Below are positions 1 to 10,999 of a stretch of 64,000 nucleotides of DNA, piece by piece. How positions within the stretch are numbered: position 1 is the stretch's first letter; each line of letters opens with the position of its first letter. The notes below the pieces were generated by a model. That model was not told the origin of the DNA. It did not search any database and worked only from the letters and a program-made list of their open reading frames with translations. Origin of the DNA: Pedobacter sp. (GTDB lineage: Bacteria; Desulfobacterota; Desulfuromonadia; Desulfuromonadales; Syntrophotaleaceae); assembly GCA_050253415.1 (NCBI GenBank), contig JBFWJC010000003.1, positions 288,001 through 352,000 on the forward strand. Direction: 5' to 3'. The position numbers and the translations under genes were made by a program.

Positions 1-60
1 ATTAGGGCTTCCGAAGCCGAAATAATGCTGGCAGCAAAAAAAGCCTCTCAATCCAGTTGA
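1..60 (+). CDS. tsaB: 3' end of probable tRNA t6A biosynthesis protein TsaB (partial, enters from the window edge)
   Basis: Frame 1 reads IRASEAEIMLAAKKASQSS*. This resembles the TsaB C-terminal (Y)IRxSEAE motif, and I recall tsaB-DUF465-ilvD order in related genera. Confidence 0.55.
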   Translation: MRASEAEIMLAAKKASQSS

Positions 61-160
61 AGGTGTTTTCCTTAAACCTTTACAGCGATTCCCGTTTAAT
101 CATTCATTGCCATAGCATTAGCTACCGCAGCACGCGGTTTAATATCGCATCCTTAGGCTG

Positions 161-189
161 TTGACATATCTAGAGCTATTCGTTATTTT
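161..189 (+). promoter_or_regulatory. sigma70-type promoter
   Basis: TTGACA(161-166)-17 nt-TATTTT(184-189). Confidence 0.55.
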
Positions 190-236
190 GAATCAGGCTT
201 GTTGCTCTTTATCAACCCTTTCCTGGGAGGTGTCTG

Positions 237-458
237 ATGGAAGATCAAGATCTTGGGCTGATTCAGCGTCTGTGCGATGAAAGCGCACTTTATCGCAGAC
301 TCTATGAGGAGCATGTGCTTCTCGAACGCGAGTTGAACACGTTGGATCAGCGGCAACACCTCAGTCCCGAAGAAGAAGCCCAAAGGAAAAAGGTGCAGAA
401 GCTGAAGTTGGCAGGCAAAGATGAAATGGCGCAGATATTGCGCGCATGGAAACGGTAG
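237..458 (+). CDS. YdcH/DUF465 family small coiled-coil protein
   Basis: 73 aa with a GGAGGT RBS and the C-terminal KKxKLxGKDEM pattern. Confidence 0.8.
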   Translation: MEDQDLGLIQRLCDESALYRRLYEEHVLLERELNTLDQRQHLSPEEEAQRKKVQKLKLAGKDEMAQILRAWKR

Positions 459-711
459 AAAGCCGGTATGCTTATTCTGTTGAAAGGGTTTGGGCAAGCC
501 GTCCGAACCCTTTCTGCATCATGTGCCATTTGATATCCCCGAAAAATAGTTTTGCATTATCAATATTACGGTTGGATTCGTATTACCCGGTAACGCCCTT
601 TTTGATGACTGCTTATATTGGCGACGGGTATCGGTGACAAGGCAGGGTCACGGTTTCAGTCGATCTGTACCAAGGCCCATAGATCTGCAAGAAAGGAAAT
701 GATCAGATCAT

Positions 712-2385
712 ATGAAAGGCAAACGTAGCGAGGCCATTACTCAAGGTTTTGAAAGGGCACCTCATCGTGCGTTGCTTATGGGGACAGGTATTCCCCGTAA
801 GGAATTGGATAAACCCTTAATCGGGATTGCAACTTCTTTTACCGATTTGATTCCCGGACATATAGGGATGCGCGATCTGGAGCGCTTTATTGAAAAAGGT
901 GTTCACACCGGGGGAGGGTATTCCTTTCTGTTCGGTGTTCCCGGTGTCTGTGATGGCATCGCCATGGGGCACAAAGGGATGCATTACTCCCTTTCGACCA
1001 GGGAGTTGATTGCCGATATGGTCGAGTCTATTGCCGAAGCTCACCGCCTGGACGGTCTTGTTCTTCTAACCAACTGTGACAAGATCACCCCGGGAATGCT
1101 GATGGCTGCAGCGCGACTCGATATCCCCTGCATTGTTGTAACCGCCGGGCCTATGCTTACCGGTACCGGCCGTAGAGGGCGTCGCTATTCTTTTGTGACC
1201 GATACTTTTGAAGCGATGGCCCGTTTTAAGGCAGGTGAAATCGACGCCGAAGAATTGCATCGATGTGAAGATCGTGCGTGCCCTGGAGCAGGTTCCTGTC
1301 AGGGCTTGTTTACGGCCAACACCATGGCCATCCTTACCGAAACCCTGGGGATGAGTCTCATGGGTTGCGGTACGGCGCTGGCGGTGTCGTCCTTGAAACG
1401 TCAGCTTGCGTTCGCCTCCGGGGAACGTATTGTCGGCCTGGTTCGCGAGGGGATTACCCCGCGCCAGATTCTAACCCGTGAAGCCTTTGAAAACGCTATT
1501 CGTGTTGATCTTGCGCTTGGCGGTTCGAGCAATACAGTGCTGCATCTGTTGTCTATTGCCCATGAAGCGGAAGTCGATTTGCCGCTGGATTTGTTTGACA
1601 AACTCAGCCGCGAAACCCCGCAGATTGCTTCCATGAATCCCGGAGGCAAACACTTTATGGAAGATCTCGACGCCGCCGGTGGCGTGCCCGCGGTTCTCTA
1701 TCAACTGCGTGACTCTATTCATGATAATCCGACCCTCAACGGCGTTGGTATCAAGCGCATCATTGAAAGTGTCAGCGATGTGGACGAAACGGTTATACAC
1801 CCGATAACTGACCCGGTTCGTCCTGAAGGTGGGATTGCCATTCTTTCCGGGAACCTTGCTCCGGATGGTGCTGTGGTTAAACAATCCGGGGTTTCGGAAA
1901 AAATGATGCAGTTCGAAGGCACGGCCCGCTGCTTCAACTCCGAAGAAGAGGCCATGCAGGCCCTTATGGGGGGGGTTGTAAAAGCAGGTGATGTTGTGGT
2001 GATTCGCTACGAAGGGCCCAAAGGTGGGCCTGGCATGCGTGAGATGCTTGCACCGACAGCGACCATCATGGGTCTCGGCCTCGGCGATAGTGTTGCGTTG
2101 ATTACTGATGGGCGCTTTTCCGGGGGCACTCGTGGACCCTGTATCGGGCATGTATCGCCGGAAGCTGCGGTTGGCGGACCGATTGCTTTGGTCGAAGATG
2201 GTGACACCATTGTGCTGGATATCCCTTCCCGTCGACTGGTACTGAAGGTCTCCGATGAGGTCCTTGAAGAGCGTCGTCAGAGCTGGCAGGCTCCCGAGCC
2301 TAAAATCAAAAAAGGCTGGTTGTCCCGTTATGCCGCTGTCGTAACATCGGCCAATACAGGCGCGATCTGTCAGGCGCCCCGATAA
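712..2385 (+). CDS. ilvD: dihydroxy-acid dehydratase
   Basis: [29 protein letters not shown] and TDGRFSGG motifs. Confidence 0.97.
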   Translation: MKGKRSEAITQGFERAPHRALLMGTGIPRKELDKPLIGIATSFTDLIPGHIGMRDLERFIEKGVHTGGGYSFLFGVPGVCDGIAMGHKGMHYSLSTRELIADMVESIAEAHRLDGLVLLTNCDKITPGMLMAAARLDIPCIVVTAGPMLTGTGRRGRRYSFVTDTFEAMARFKAGEIDAEELHRCEDRACPGAGSCQGLFTANTMAILTETLGMSLMGCGTALAVSSLKRQLAFASGERIVGLVREGITPRQILTREAFENAIRVDLALGGSSNTVLHLLSIAHEAEVDLPLDLFDKLSRETPQIASMNPGGKHFMEDLDAAGGVPAVLYQLRDSIHDNPTLNGVGIKRIIESVSDVDETVIHPITDPVRPEGGIAILSGNLAPDGAVVKQSGVSEKMMQFEGTARCFNSEEEAMQALMGGVVKAGDVVVIRYEGPKGGPGMREMLAPTATIMGLGLGDSVALITDGRFSGGTRGPCIGHVSPEAAVGGPIALVEDGDTIVLDIPSRRLVLKVSDEVLEERRQSWQAPEPKIKKGWLSRYAAVVTSANTGAICQAPR

Positions 2386-2463
2386 CGAATGATATGTCCT
2401 GGCCGTCGCGATCTGGGCGGCCAGGTATTTATTGATGAAAGCTGGCTTGCGAGGAGGCTTGGC

Positions 2464-4161
2464 GTGAAAAGGACAGGATCTCAGATACTGCTTGAAAGCC
2501 TGTTGCTGGAAGGCGTGGATACCGTTTTCGGTTACCCCGGCGGCACGGTCATCAACATCTATAACGATTTGCCCGATTATCCCATTAAGCACATCCTTAC
2601 CCGGCATGAGCAGGCAGCCGTTCATGCGGCGGACGGATACGCCCGCGCGAGTGGCAAGGTAGGGGTTGCTATCGCTACCAGTGGTCCCGGCGCGACCAAC
2701 ACGGTGACAGGCATTGCTACCGCTTATATGGACTCCATTCCCATGGTGGTCATTACGGGGCAGGTGCCTACGCCACTGATTGGCAACGATGCTTTTCAGG
2801 AAGCGGACATCGTTGGGATGACACGCTCTATTACCAAGCATAATTATCTGGTTAAAGATGTTAAAGATCTTGCGCGCATCATTAAACAGGCCTTCTATAT
2901 CGCCCGGACCGGGCGGCCTGGACCCGTTCTTATCGATCTGCCCAAAGATGTTCAGATAGCCTCTACCAAATTCGTTTATCCCGACAGCGTCGAGTTGCGA
3001 GGTTATAAGCCAACCTATAGCGGCAACGTGCGTCAAGTCGAAAAAGCTGCGAAGATGATTCTGGCGGCACGTCGGCCGGTACTTTATGTCGGTGGTGGGG
3101 CCACGGCTTCTGATGCCGGACAGAATCTGATACAGTTCGCGGAACTTATCCAGGCACCTGTGGTGACGACTCTGATGGGGATGGCTGCGTTTCCCACCGC
3201 CCACCCTTTGTCCTTAGGTATGCTCGGCATGCACGGGACCTATTATGCCAACATGGCCGTTACGAACTCGGACCTGCTCATTGCCATCGGTGCCCGATTC
3301 GACGATCGAGTTACAGGGCGCATTGCTGCTTTTGCGCCCAAAGCCAAAATCATTCACATCGACATCGATCCTACATCCATCAAGAAAAATGTTCGGGTTG
3401 ACTTGCCTATTGTTGGTGAGTTGGGTGATGTGATTGAGAAAATCGGCAATAAATTGCGTGAGAACAAGGACCAGGTCGATGCTTTCCCCGAGCTCACCGC
3501 CCCATGGCGAAGCCAGGTTGCTGCCTGGCGGACCCAGTACCCCATGTCTTACAAGTCCAGTAGCTCTGTGATCAAGCCTCAGTATGTGATTGAGAAAATA
3601 CGTGAATTGACTGATGAGAGCGCCATCATTGCTACCGAAGTTGGTCAGCACCAGATGTGGACCGCACAATTTTTTAATTTTTGCAGTCCCCGAACCTTCT
3701 TGACCTCTGGTGGTCTTGGCACCATGGGTTTCGGTTTACCCGCTGCTTTGGGCGCTCAAGTCGCCTGTCCGGATCGTCAGGTCATCGATATCTCAGGCGA
3801 CGGCTCATTCCAGATGAACTCGCAGGAGCTGGCAACTTTGGTACAGTTCAAATTACCTGTCAAGATTGCTATTCTCAACAATAATTTCCTGGGAATGGTT
3901 CGTCAGTGGCAGGAGCTTTTTTTCGATCATCGATATAGCCAGACGCCCCTTGAATTGCCTATCGATTTTGTGAAATTAGCGGAAGCCTATGGTGCTACCG
4001 GTCTGCGGGCCAGCCGTCCCGACGAGGTCGAAGATGTTATTCGTAAGGCGCTTGCAACACCCGGACCCGTGTTGATGGAATTTAAAATTGATCGGGAAGA
4101 AAATGTCATGCCCATGGTACCAGCCGGGGCTGCAATCGATGAAATGGTTCTGGCTTCTTAG
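2464..4161 (+). CDS. ilvB: acetolactate synthase large subunit
   Basis: FGYPGG, RHEQ, SGPGATN and the GDGSFQMN ThDP motif. Start moved to GTG 2464 after AGGAGG. Confidence 0.96.
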   Translation: MKRTGSQILLESLLLEGVDTVFGYPGGTVINIYNDLPDYPIKHILTRHEQAAVHAADGYARASGKVGVAIATSGPGATNTVTGIATAYMDSIPMVVITGQVPTPLIGNDAFQEADIVGMTRSITKHNYLVKDVKDLARIIKQAFYIARTGRPGPVLIDLPKDVQIASTKFVYPDSVELRGYKPTYSGNVRQVEKAAKMILAARRPVLYVGGGATASDAGQNLIQFAELIQAPVVTTLMGMAAFPTAHPLSLGMLGMHGTYYANMAVTNSDLLIAIGARFDDRVTGRIAAFAPKAKIIHIDIDPTSIKKNVRVDLPIVGELGDVIEKIGNKLRENKDQVDAFPELTAPWRSQVAAWRTQYPMSYKSSSSVIKPQYVIEKIRELTDESAIIATEVGQHQMWTAQFFNFCSPRTFLTSGGLGTMGFGLPAALGAQVACPDRQVIDISGDGSFQMNSQELATLVQFKLPVKIAILNNNFLGMVRQWQELFFDHRYSQTPLELPIDFVKLAEAYGATGLRASRPDEVEDVIRKALATPGPVLMEFKIDREENVMPMVPAGAAIDEMVLAS

Positions 4162-4173
4162 GAGGTAGGTGTC

Positions 4174-4686
4174 ATGGTAAGCCATGAGGCAAAACACACG
4201 ATTTCCGTTCTGGTGGAAAACGAATTCGGGGTTCTCACACGTGTGGCCGGGCTGTTTTCCGGCCGCGGTTTCAATATTGAAAGTCTTTCCGTCGCCCCAA
4301 CCCTGGATGACAGTATTTCCCGTATGACTATAGTCACCAGCGGGGATGATCGTATTCTGGAACAGATTACCAAGCAACTTAATAAGTTGATCGACACTAT
4401 CAAGGTTGTCGATTTCACCGACAGTGAATACGTTGAGCGCGAGTTGGCCCTCATTAAAGTTCAGGCAACGGAAGATACACGGGCGGAAATATTAAGAATC
4501 GTTGATATTTTCAGGGGTAACGTGGTTGACGTTACGGCTCGTTCGTATACCATGGAAATCACTGGCGCACCAAGTAAGATACAGGCTGTAGTCGATCTTC
4601 TCAAGCCTATCGGTATTCAGGAACTGGTTCGCTCCGGGCCTGTTGTGCTTGGTCGAGGGGCCAAGGGTGTGTCTGATAAAGGCTGA
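4174..4686 (+). CDS. ilvN: acetolactate synthase small (regulatory) subunit
   Basis: ACT domain VENEFGVLTRVAGLFSGRGFNIESL; GGAGGT RBS. Confidence 0.95.
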   Translation: MVSHEAKHTISVLVENEFGVLTRVAGLFSGRGFNIESLSVAPTLDDSISRMTIVTSGDDRILEQITKQLNKLIDTIKVVDFTDSEYVERELALIKVQATEDTRAEILRIVDIFRGNVVDVTARSYTMEITGAPSKIQAVVDLLKPIGIQELVRSGPVVLGRGAKGVSDKG

Positions 4687-4747
4687 TTTAGTCATCGCTT
4701 TGTTGAGATTTAAACAATAACCCAACTTGACTAGGGTTAGAACGGGC

Positions 4748-4771
4748 GGGAAGCCAAGCTTCCCTTTTTTT
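4748..4771 (+). terminator. intrinsic terminator after ilvN
   Basis: GGGAAGC-CAA-GCTTCCC followed by a T7 tract. Confidence 0.7.
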
Positions 4772-4798
4772 CTGTATGACCCAGTAAGGAAACTGTTT

Positions 4799-5443
4799 AT
4801 GCGCAATCAGAACCAACCGGTCGCTGTCGAAGGTTACCCTTTTATCGGGTTGTTTGCTTTTATCACGCTCGTATTTGCGCTTCTGAGCTGGAGCCTGTGC
4901 ACGCTTTTGTTTCTTGGTCTGACCCTCTTTACCGCTTATTTCTTCCGCAACCCCGATCGCTTCAGTGATGCGGAAGAAGCCGCGGTTCTTGCTCCGGCCG
5001 ATGGTAAGGTTATTTATGTCGGGCCAGCACTGGAAGAGCGATATTTTAAATCAGAAGTAACTAAAATCAGCATATTCATGTCCGTATTCAATGTTCATGT
5101 GAATCGGGTGCCCATGTCCGGCAAGGTTGTTGACATGTTCTACAATAAAGGACAATTTTTCAACGCTGCCATGGACAAGGCCAGTCTGCATAATGAGCAG
5201 TCCGGGATGTTGCTTGAGAATGAATCCGGGCGTCAGATTCTGGTTGTTCAGATCGCAGGATTGATAGCAAGACGCATCGTAACCTATCCCGTCATTGGCG
5301 ACATTCTGCAGCGTGGTGCACGATACGGTCTGATTCGTTTTGGATCGCGTGTCGATATTTACCTGCCCGATGATGTCGATACCCAGGTCCGGGTAGGGGA
5401 GCGTGTTTGCTGTGGTGAAACGGTCCTGGCTTACCTGAAATAA
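4799..5443 (+). CDS. psd: phosphatidylserine decarboxylase proenzyme
   Basis: FFRNPDR, APADGKV, NVHVNRVP and the RFGSRVD self-cleavage motif; start set at ATG 4799. Confidence 0.93.
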   Translation: MRNQNQPVAVEGYPFIGLFAFITLVFALLSWSLCTLLFLGLTLFTAYFFRNPDRFSDAEEAAVLAPADGKVIYVGPALEERYFKSEVTKISIFMSVFNVHVNRVPMSGKVVDMFYNKGQFFNAAMDKASLHNEQSGMLLENESGRQILVVQIAGLIARRIVTYPVIGDILQRGARYGLIRFGSRVDIYLPDDVDTQVRVGERVCCGETVLAYLK

Positions 5444-5682
5444 AACATAGTGGCCGCAAGACATCCGGAGCACGGATTGTAGACGGTTTTTTTCCTTGTC
5501 CTTGTTTGAGGTTGGGCGTCTACTGCGGTCAATTTATGCACATTGCTGCAGGACTATTCAAATAAGGTCTTTTGTATCGTTCAGGATGAGCTATTTCTGT
5601 ATAGGTAGTTTTAAGGCCGCCGAATTTCGTATTGTCCTATCGAAAAAATGCTATGGACCACCTTGTTGAAAGCCTTTACGCC

Positions 5683-5712
5683 TTGACAGTGGGGGTTTGA
5701 GTCTGTTTTATT
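5683..5712 (+). promoter_or_regulatory. sigma70-type promoter of the T-box/leuACD transcript
   Basis: TTGACA(5683-5688) with a TG-extended TTTATT(5707-5712). Confidence 0.45.
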
Positions 5713-5730
5713 AGGCGGAACGATGTAAAT

Positions 5731-5965
5731 AAAGACTGGGAAGAGGAGTAGTAAGTCCTTAACTCGATTGGAGAGAGCCGGCGGATGGTGCGAGCCGGTA
5801 TCGAGCGGACTGAACTCGCCTTGGAGTTGCATGGTTGAAGCGACTAAGTCGTCTAGATCATGACGTGACCCTGCGTTAAAGGAAATTAAGGGCTCCTCTC
5901 GGAGCTGAAACAGGGTGGTACCGCGAAGCTAAGCTCTCGCCCCTGAAAGGGAGAGGGCTTTTTTT
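5731..5965 (+). promoter_or_regulatory. T-box riboswitch (Leu specifier) with transcription terminator
   Basis: AG bulge GAGAGAG, GGTGCGA distal loop, specifier loop GAA-CTC (CUC = Leu, 5815-5817), T-box AAACAGGGTGGTACCGCG (5908-5925), terminator hairpin 5931-5965 with T tract; lies directly upstream of leuA. Confidence 0.92.
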
Positions 5966-6153
5966 GTATGTTTCACACTGTTTAAGTTTTTTACCGTAGA
6001 GGAAGAGAGGGGGTGGTCAGATGGAATCGGATCTAAGTGACCTGATGGTTTATCACCTGTTGGCATTACGAAACACTGTCCGAAAAACATTCATAATAAC
6101 GACTGCTCCCGGAATACGGTAATCGAGACGGGGCAATGATGGCCGGAGGTTAT

Positions 6154-7695
6154 ATGAAGAACATGAAAAGTATCAAGATTTTCGACACAACCTTGCGTGA
6201 TGGTGAGCAATCGCCCGGCGCCAGTATGAATATCGACGAAAAATTGCGTATTGCATTTCAGTTGGCCAAACTCAACGTCGATGTCATCGAAGCAGGATTT
6301 CCCATTGCTTCGGAAGGTGACTTTGAGGCGGTTAAACGTATTGCGCAAACCATTAAAGGTCCGCAGATCGCTGGGCTCTGTCGTGCAGCTGATAAAGATA
6401 TCGATTGTGCCTGGGAGGCGCTCAAGTATGCCGGGGACCGTGGGCGTATTCACACCTTCCTCGCCACCAGCGACATCCATATGAAGTACAAGCTCAAGAT
6501 GACCGAAGATCAGGTTGTCGAGACCGCTGTGGCCGCGATCAAGCGCGCCGCACGTTACACCGAAAACATCGAGTTCAGTGCGGAAGACGCTGCACGTACC
6601 CGTCCCGAATTTCTGGTTCGCGTTGTTGAGGCGGTTATCGCTGCCGGGGCCAAAGTTGTTAATATTCCCGATACGGTCGGGTATAGCATCCCCTCGGAAT
6701 TTGCTACTTTGATCCGGCATCTCAAAAACAATGTGTCCAATATGGACAAAGCTATCCTGTCGGTTCACTGCCACAACGATCTCGGGCTGGCGGTTGCCAA
6801 TTCGCTGGCCGCCGTCGAGGCTGGTGCCGAGCAGGTGGAATGTACCATCAACGGTATCGGCGAGCGCGCCGGCAACTGTGCGTTGGAAGAAGTTGTCATG
6901 ACTCTGCGGACCCGAGCTGACATCCTTCCTTTCAAAACCGATGTCGTTACCGAGCATATTTATGCCACCAGTAAGTTGTTGTCCACCATTACCGGTATTC
7001 AAGTGCAGCCCAATAAGGCGATTGTCGGAGCCAATGCGTTTGCTCATGAGGCAGGTATTCATCAGCATGGTGTGCTGATGGAAAAGTCGACGTATGAAAT
7101 CATGACCCCTGAGTCGGTTGGCTTAACCCAGAACAAGCTGGTGCTTGGAAAGCATTCCGGCCGACATGCCTTTGGCCAACGTCTTGAGCAATTGGGTTAT
7201 GCTTTGGGTAAAGAAGATCTGGATCGTGCTTTTGTACGTTTTAAGGCCTTGGCAGACCAGAAAAAAGATATCTTTGACGAAGATCTTGATGCCATTGTGG
7301 CGGATGAAATCATCCGAATTCCGGAACGGTACAAGCTGGTTCAGATGAACAGTAGTTCGGGGTCATTCGCTGCGCCGACCGCCACGGTCGAAATGGAAAT
7401 CGACGGTAAAATTAAAAAAGCAGCCATGATTGGTGGTGGTCCGGTGGATGCCACCTTTAAGACCATTAAGAAATTAACCAAAAGCAAGGCCAATCTGCTT
7501 AGCTTTACCGTTGGTGCTATCACCGGAGGAACCGATGCCCAGGGTGAGTGCACCGTGCGTCTGGAACTCGATGGTCGCGAGGTGCTTGGACAAGGTGCGC
7601 ATCCGGACATCGTCGTAGCCAGTGCCAAAGCTTATATCAATGCGCTTAATCGGTTGGCCACGATTGTAAAGAATCGTCCTTCGGCCCATTTTTAG
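6154..7695 (+). CDS. leuA: 2-isopropylmalate synthase
   Basis: [27 protein letters not shown] and HEAGIHQHG motifs plus the C-terminal regulatory domain; start after GGAGGT. Confidence 0.96.
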   Translation: MKNMKSIKIFDTTLRDGEQSPGASMNIDEKLRIAFQLAKLNVDVIEAGFPIASEGDFEAVKRIAQTIKGPQIAGLCRAADKDIDCAWEALKYAGDRGRIHTFLATSDIHMKYKLKMTEDQVVETAVAAIKRAARYTENIEFSAEDAARTRPEFLVRVVEAVIAAGAKVVNIPDTVGYSIPSEFATLIRHLKNNVSNMDKAILSVHCHNDLGLAVANSLAAVEAGAEQVECTINGIGERAGNCALEEVVMTLRTRADILPFKTDVVTEHIYATSKLLSTITGIQVQPNKAIVGANAFAHEAGIHQHGVLMEKSTYEIMTPESVGLTQNKLVLGKHSGRHAFGQRLEQLGYALGKEDLDRAFVRFKALADQKKDIFDEDLDAIVADEIIRIPERYKLVQMNSSSGSFAAPTATVEMEIDGKIKKAAMIGGGPVDATFKTIKKLTKSKANLLSFTVGAITGGTDAQGECTVRLELDGREVLGQGAHPDIVVASAKAYINALNRLATIVKNRPSAHF

Positions 7696-7752
7696 TTTCG
7701 TAACGGGCCGGGTTTTCCGGTCCGATCTTTTCAAGGATTGTTGGAGTCATTT

Positions 7753-9033
7753 ATGGGACAGACTATCGCACAGAAAATATTCGCAGCGCATTTGCGTGAC
7801 GAACCTTTTCCGGGGACCTATGTTCTCGATCTGGATCGGGTTCTCTGCCATGAAATAACCACACCTGTCGCCATTGCTGATTTGGAATGGCGCGGTAAGG
7901 ATCGTGTTTTTGACCCACTGAAAATCAAGGCTGTTATCGACCATGTCACGCCAGCCAAAGATAGTAAAACCGCCATTCAGGGAAAAATCCTGCGTGACTG
8001 GGCAAACAGACATGGTATTCCCGATTTTTTTGATATCGGGCAGAATGGTGTCTGTCATGCCATTTTCCCGGAAAAAGGTTTCATCCGTCCCGGGTATACC
8101 GTGATCATGGGTGATAGCCACACCTGTACGCATGGCGCTTTTGGTGCTTTTGCGGCCGGTGTCGGGACCACCGACCTTGAGGTTGGTATCCTTAAGGGCG
8201 TATGCGCCTTTCGCAAGCCGCAAAGTATTCTGGTTAACATTACCGGTACCCTGTCGCAGCATGTCTATTCCAAAGATGTTATCCTGCATATCATCCATAC
8301 GCTTGGCGTCAATGGTGCCACCGATCACGTCCTCGAGTTTCGCGGGCCGGTTGTCGATGCCCTGTCCATGGATGCACGCATGACCTTGTCCAATATGGCC
8401 ATTGAAGCCGGTGGTACCTGTGGTATCTGTCTTCCGGACCAAGTGACAGTTGATTATCTCTGGCCCTTTATTTCTGAGGAGTATGCCTCCAAGGAAGCCG
8501 CGCTGGCCGATTTCCAAAAATGGCATTCCGATAGTGATGCCGAGTATGCCAGGGTTCTGGATATCGATGTCACCGACCTCGAGCCCCAGGTAACTTATGA
8601 CTATAAGCCAGATTGCGTAAAGCCGGCGCGTCAGATGCAAGGGACTCCTGTTGATCAAATCTATATCGGGACCTGTACCAATGGTCGTCTTGAAGATTTG
8701 CGGCAGGCTGCCGCTATTCTCAAGGGCCGCAAGCTGGCGCCCAATGTTCGTGGAATCTTGTCTCCTGCCTCGCCGAAAATTTTCCGCGAGGCTATGGATG
8801 AAGGTCTGCTTGCTATTTTTATGGATGCTGGTTTTTGCGTTACCAACCCAACCTGCGGTGCGTGTCTCGGTATGAGTTCCGGCGTTCTTGCTCCGGGGGA
8901 ATCCTGTGCCGCGACCAGTAACCGAAACTTTCAGGGGCGCATGGGGCAAGGCGGAATGGTGTATCTTATGAGTCCATCCACGGCTGCCGCTTCTGGTATC
9001 ACTGGTACCATTACCGATCCGCGCGATCTGTAG
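7753..9033 (+). CDS. leuC: 3-isopropylmalate dehydratase large subunit
   Basis: DSHTCTHGAFG, GTCTNGR, CGACLG and TSNRNFQGRMG aconitase-family motifs. Confidence 0.94.
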   Translation: MGQTIAQKIFAAHLRDEPFPGTYVLDLDRVLCHEITTPVAIADLEWRGKDRVFDPLKIKAVIDHVTPAKDSKTAIQGKILRDWANRHGIPDFFDIGQNGVCHAIFPEKGFIRPGYTVIMGDSHTCTHGAFGAFAAGVGTTDLEVGILKGVCAFRKPQSILVNITGTLSQHVYSKDVILHIIHTLGVNGATDHVLEFRGPVVDALSMDARMTLSNMAIEAGGTCGICLPDQVTVDYLWPFISEEYASKEAALADFQKWHSDSDAEYARVLDIDVTDLEPQVTYDYKPDCVKPARQMQGTPVDQIYIGTCTNGRLEDLRQAAAILKGRKLAPNVRGILSPASPKIFREAMDEGLLAIFMDAGFCVTNPTCGACLGMSSGVLAPGESCAATSNRNFQGRMGQGGMVYLMSPSTAAASGITGTITDPRDL

Positions 9034-9072
9034 GGTCTCCACGGTTTATATGAGGAAGGAGCAATAAAACCC

Positions 9073-9603
9073 ATGAAAAGAACATTTGGAGGTCCGGTTG
9101 TTTTTCTTGACCGGTCTGATATTAATACCGACGAAATCATTCCGGCGCGTTATCTCACCGAAGTCACCAAGGATGCTCTCAAGCCGTTTTTGCTTGAGGA
9201 TTTGAAATTGGAAGGTTTTGACCCGGCAGGAGAGGCGTTACGCAAGGCCAAGGTTATCGTTACCCGCAAGAATTTCGGTTGCGGATCTTCACGCGAACAT
9301 GCTCCCTGGTCGCTTGAGGTTAATGATATTTATACCGTAATCGCCGAGAGCTATGCGCGTATTTTCCGGCAGAACATGTTCAATTGCGGTATGTTGGCTA
9401 TTGAATTACCTGCCGCCGATATCGACCGCATAATGGCGCTGTCCGAAAAAGGCGAGGTCGAAATCGAGGTGGATCTCCAGGGGCATCAGGTTAAAGCTTC
9501 GGCAGGTGAAAATGCCGAGGTGTTTACGTTTGAGATCAGTCCTTTCGATCAGGCGCTCGTTGAGGCGGGCGGTTGGGTCGAGTTCGCTGACCAACGTTAT
9601 TGA
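9073..9603 (+). CDS. leuD: 3-isopropylmalate dehydratase small subunit
   Basis: INTDEIIP and NFGCGSSREHA motifs. Confidence 0.94.
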   Translation: MKRTFGGPVVFLDRSDINTDEIIPARYLTEVTKDALKPFLLEDLKLEGFDPAGEALRKAKVIVTRKNFGCGSSREHAPWSLEVNDIYTVIAESYARIFRQNMFNCGMLAIELPAADIDRIMALSEKGEVEIEVDLQGHQVKASAGENAEVFTFEISPFDQALVEAGGWVEFADQRY

Positions 9604-9610
9604 GGATTCT

Positions 9611-9640
9611 GCGACCGGGCGAGAAGCCCGGTCGTTTTTT
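9611..9640 (+). terminator. intrinsic terminator after leuD
   Basis: GCGACCGGGC-GAGAA-GCCCGGTCGT followed by a T tract. Confidence 0.75.
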
Positions 9641-9726
9641 GTGGCACGTGTGCCAAAAAGCGCACACAAGCATGTGTCACGCATGTCTCGATTGCGTCAT
9701 TCTGAATCTTTCCGAGGGAAAAAAGT

Positions 9727-9756
9727 TTGACAATTTTCCGGGTCAGTTTCTATCAT
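9727..9756 (+). promoter_or_regulatory. sigma70-type promoter for leuB-asd
   Basis: TTGACA(9727-9732)-18 nt-TATCAT(9751-9756). Confidence 0.55.
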
Positions 9757-9829
9757 GGCGACGGTCGAAAAACATTGAACCTTCGACTTTTTGCGGCACC
9801 TGGCCGTAACCGTAAGGAGAAATTCCGAA

Positions 9830-10927
9830 ATGAAGAAAGAATTCAAATTAGCTGTTCTGCCCGGAGACGGTATCGGTCCTGAAGTTGTTGCAGAGGCCCT
9901 TAAAGTCCTGGATGCCGTTGAGCAGAAATTTCAGGTTAGTTTTGCACGTCAATTTGCAAATGTCGGTGGTGCTGCCATCGATCTGGATGGCAAGGCGTTG
10001 CCGGATGCCACCGTTGAAATCTGCAAAGCGTCGGATGCCATTTTGTTCGGAAGCGTTGGCGGGCCCAAGTGGGACACCCTTCCGGCAGATGAGCGTCCGG
10101 AGCGTGGCGCTCTGCTGCCGTTGCGTCGTATTTTCGGCCTGTTCTGTAATTTTCGACCCGCTATCGTATTTCCCGCGCTGACTTCGGCTTCGTCGCTCAA
10201 GGAAGAAGTTATTGCTGGAGGTTTTGATATCCTGGTTGTGCGCGAACTGACCGGCGATGTCTATTTTGCCCAACCCAAGGGTATTGAAGGCGAAGGCGTC
10301 CAACGTCGCGGCTACGACACCATGGCTTACACCGATGCTGAGGTTGAGCGCATCGCGCGGGTGGCCTTTGAGGCCGCGCGTAAACGCAATAAAAACCTTA
10401 TTTCCATCGACAAGGCCAATGTTCTGTCCACTTCCATATTGTGGCGCGAAGTGGTGGAGCGTGTTTCTGCCGACTATCCCGATGTTCGGTTGAGCCATAT
10501 GTATGTCGACAACGCCGCTATGCAATTGGTCAAAGCGCCCAAGCAGTTTGATGTCATGCTTTGCCCCAACTTGTTTGGTGACATCCTGTCCGACGAAGCC
10601 GCCATGCTGACCGGTTCTCTCGGCATGTTACCTTCCGCCTCGCTTGCCGAAGGCAGCTTCGGCATGTACGAGCCGGCCGGCGGCAGCGCTCCCGATATCG
10701 CAGGGAAAAATATCGCCAATCCTATTGCCCAGATTCTTTCTGCCGCTATGTTGCTTCGCTATTCCTGCGGGCTTAACGATGCGGCTGATGCGATCGAAAA
10801 AGCTGTCGAAAATTGCCTGGCGGCAGGGTTGCGGACACAGGATATTTTCCAGGGTATTGCAGGTGAGAAGTTGGTTTCCACCAGCGCCATGGGGGATGCT
10901 ATCGTCGCGGAGCTTGCAAAAGGTTAA
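9830..10927 (+). CDS. leuB: 3-isopropylmalate dehydrogenase
   Basis: [23 protein letters not shown] and [14 protein letters not shown] motifs; start at ATG 9830 after AAGGAG. Confidence 0.96.
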   Translation: MKKEFKLAVLPGDGIGPEVVAEALKVLDAVEQKFQVSFARQFANVGGAAIDLDGKALPDATVEICKASDAILFGSVGGPKWDTLPADERPERGALLPLRRIFGLFCNFRPAIVFPALTSASSLKEEVIAGGFDILVVRELTGDVYFAQPKGIEGEGVQRRGYDTMAYTDAEVERIARVAFEAARKRNKNLISIDKANVLSTSILWREVVERVSADYPDVRLSHMYVDNAAMQLVKAPKQFDVMLCPNLFGDILSDEAAMLTGSLGMLPSASLAEGSFGMYEPAGGSAPDIAGKNIANPIAQILSAAMLLRYSCGLNDAADAIEKAVENCLAAGLRTQDIFQGIAGEKLVSTSAMGDAIVAELAKG

Positions 10928-10999
10928 GAATATAGGGATCGGAGCAGGTCCGGTCCTATGACTCAATATCGTTGAGATCCAAAGTGGAAGGAATCATCC

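Noticed and set aside
446..637. Leader-peptide attenuator for ilvD
   Set aside because: There is no run of Ile/Leu/Val codons and no clear terminator/antiterminator pair.
9642..9658. sigma54 promoter at TGGCAC
   Set aside because: The -12 TTGC element is missing at the required spacing; the site is better read as a palindrome.
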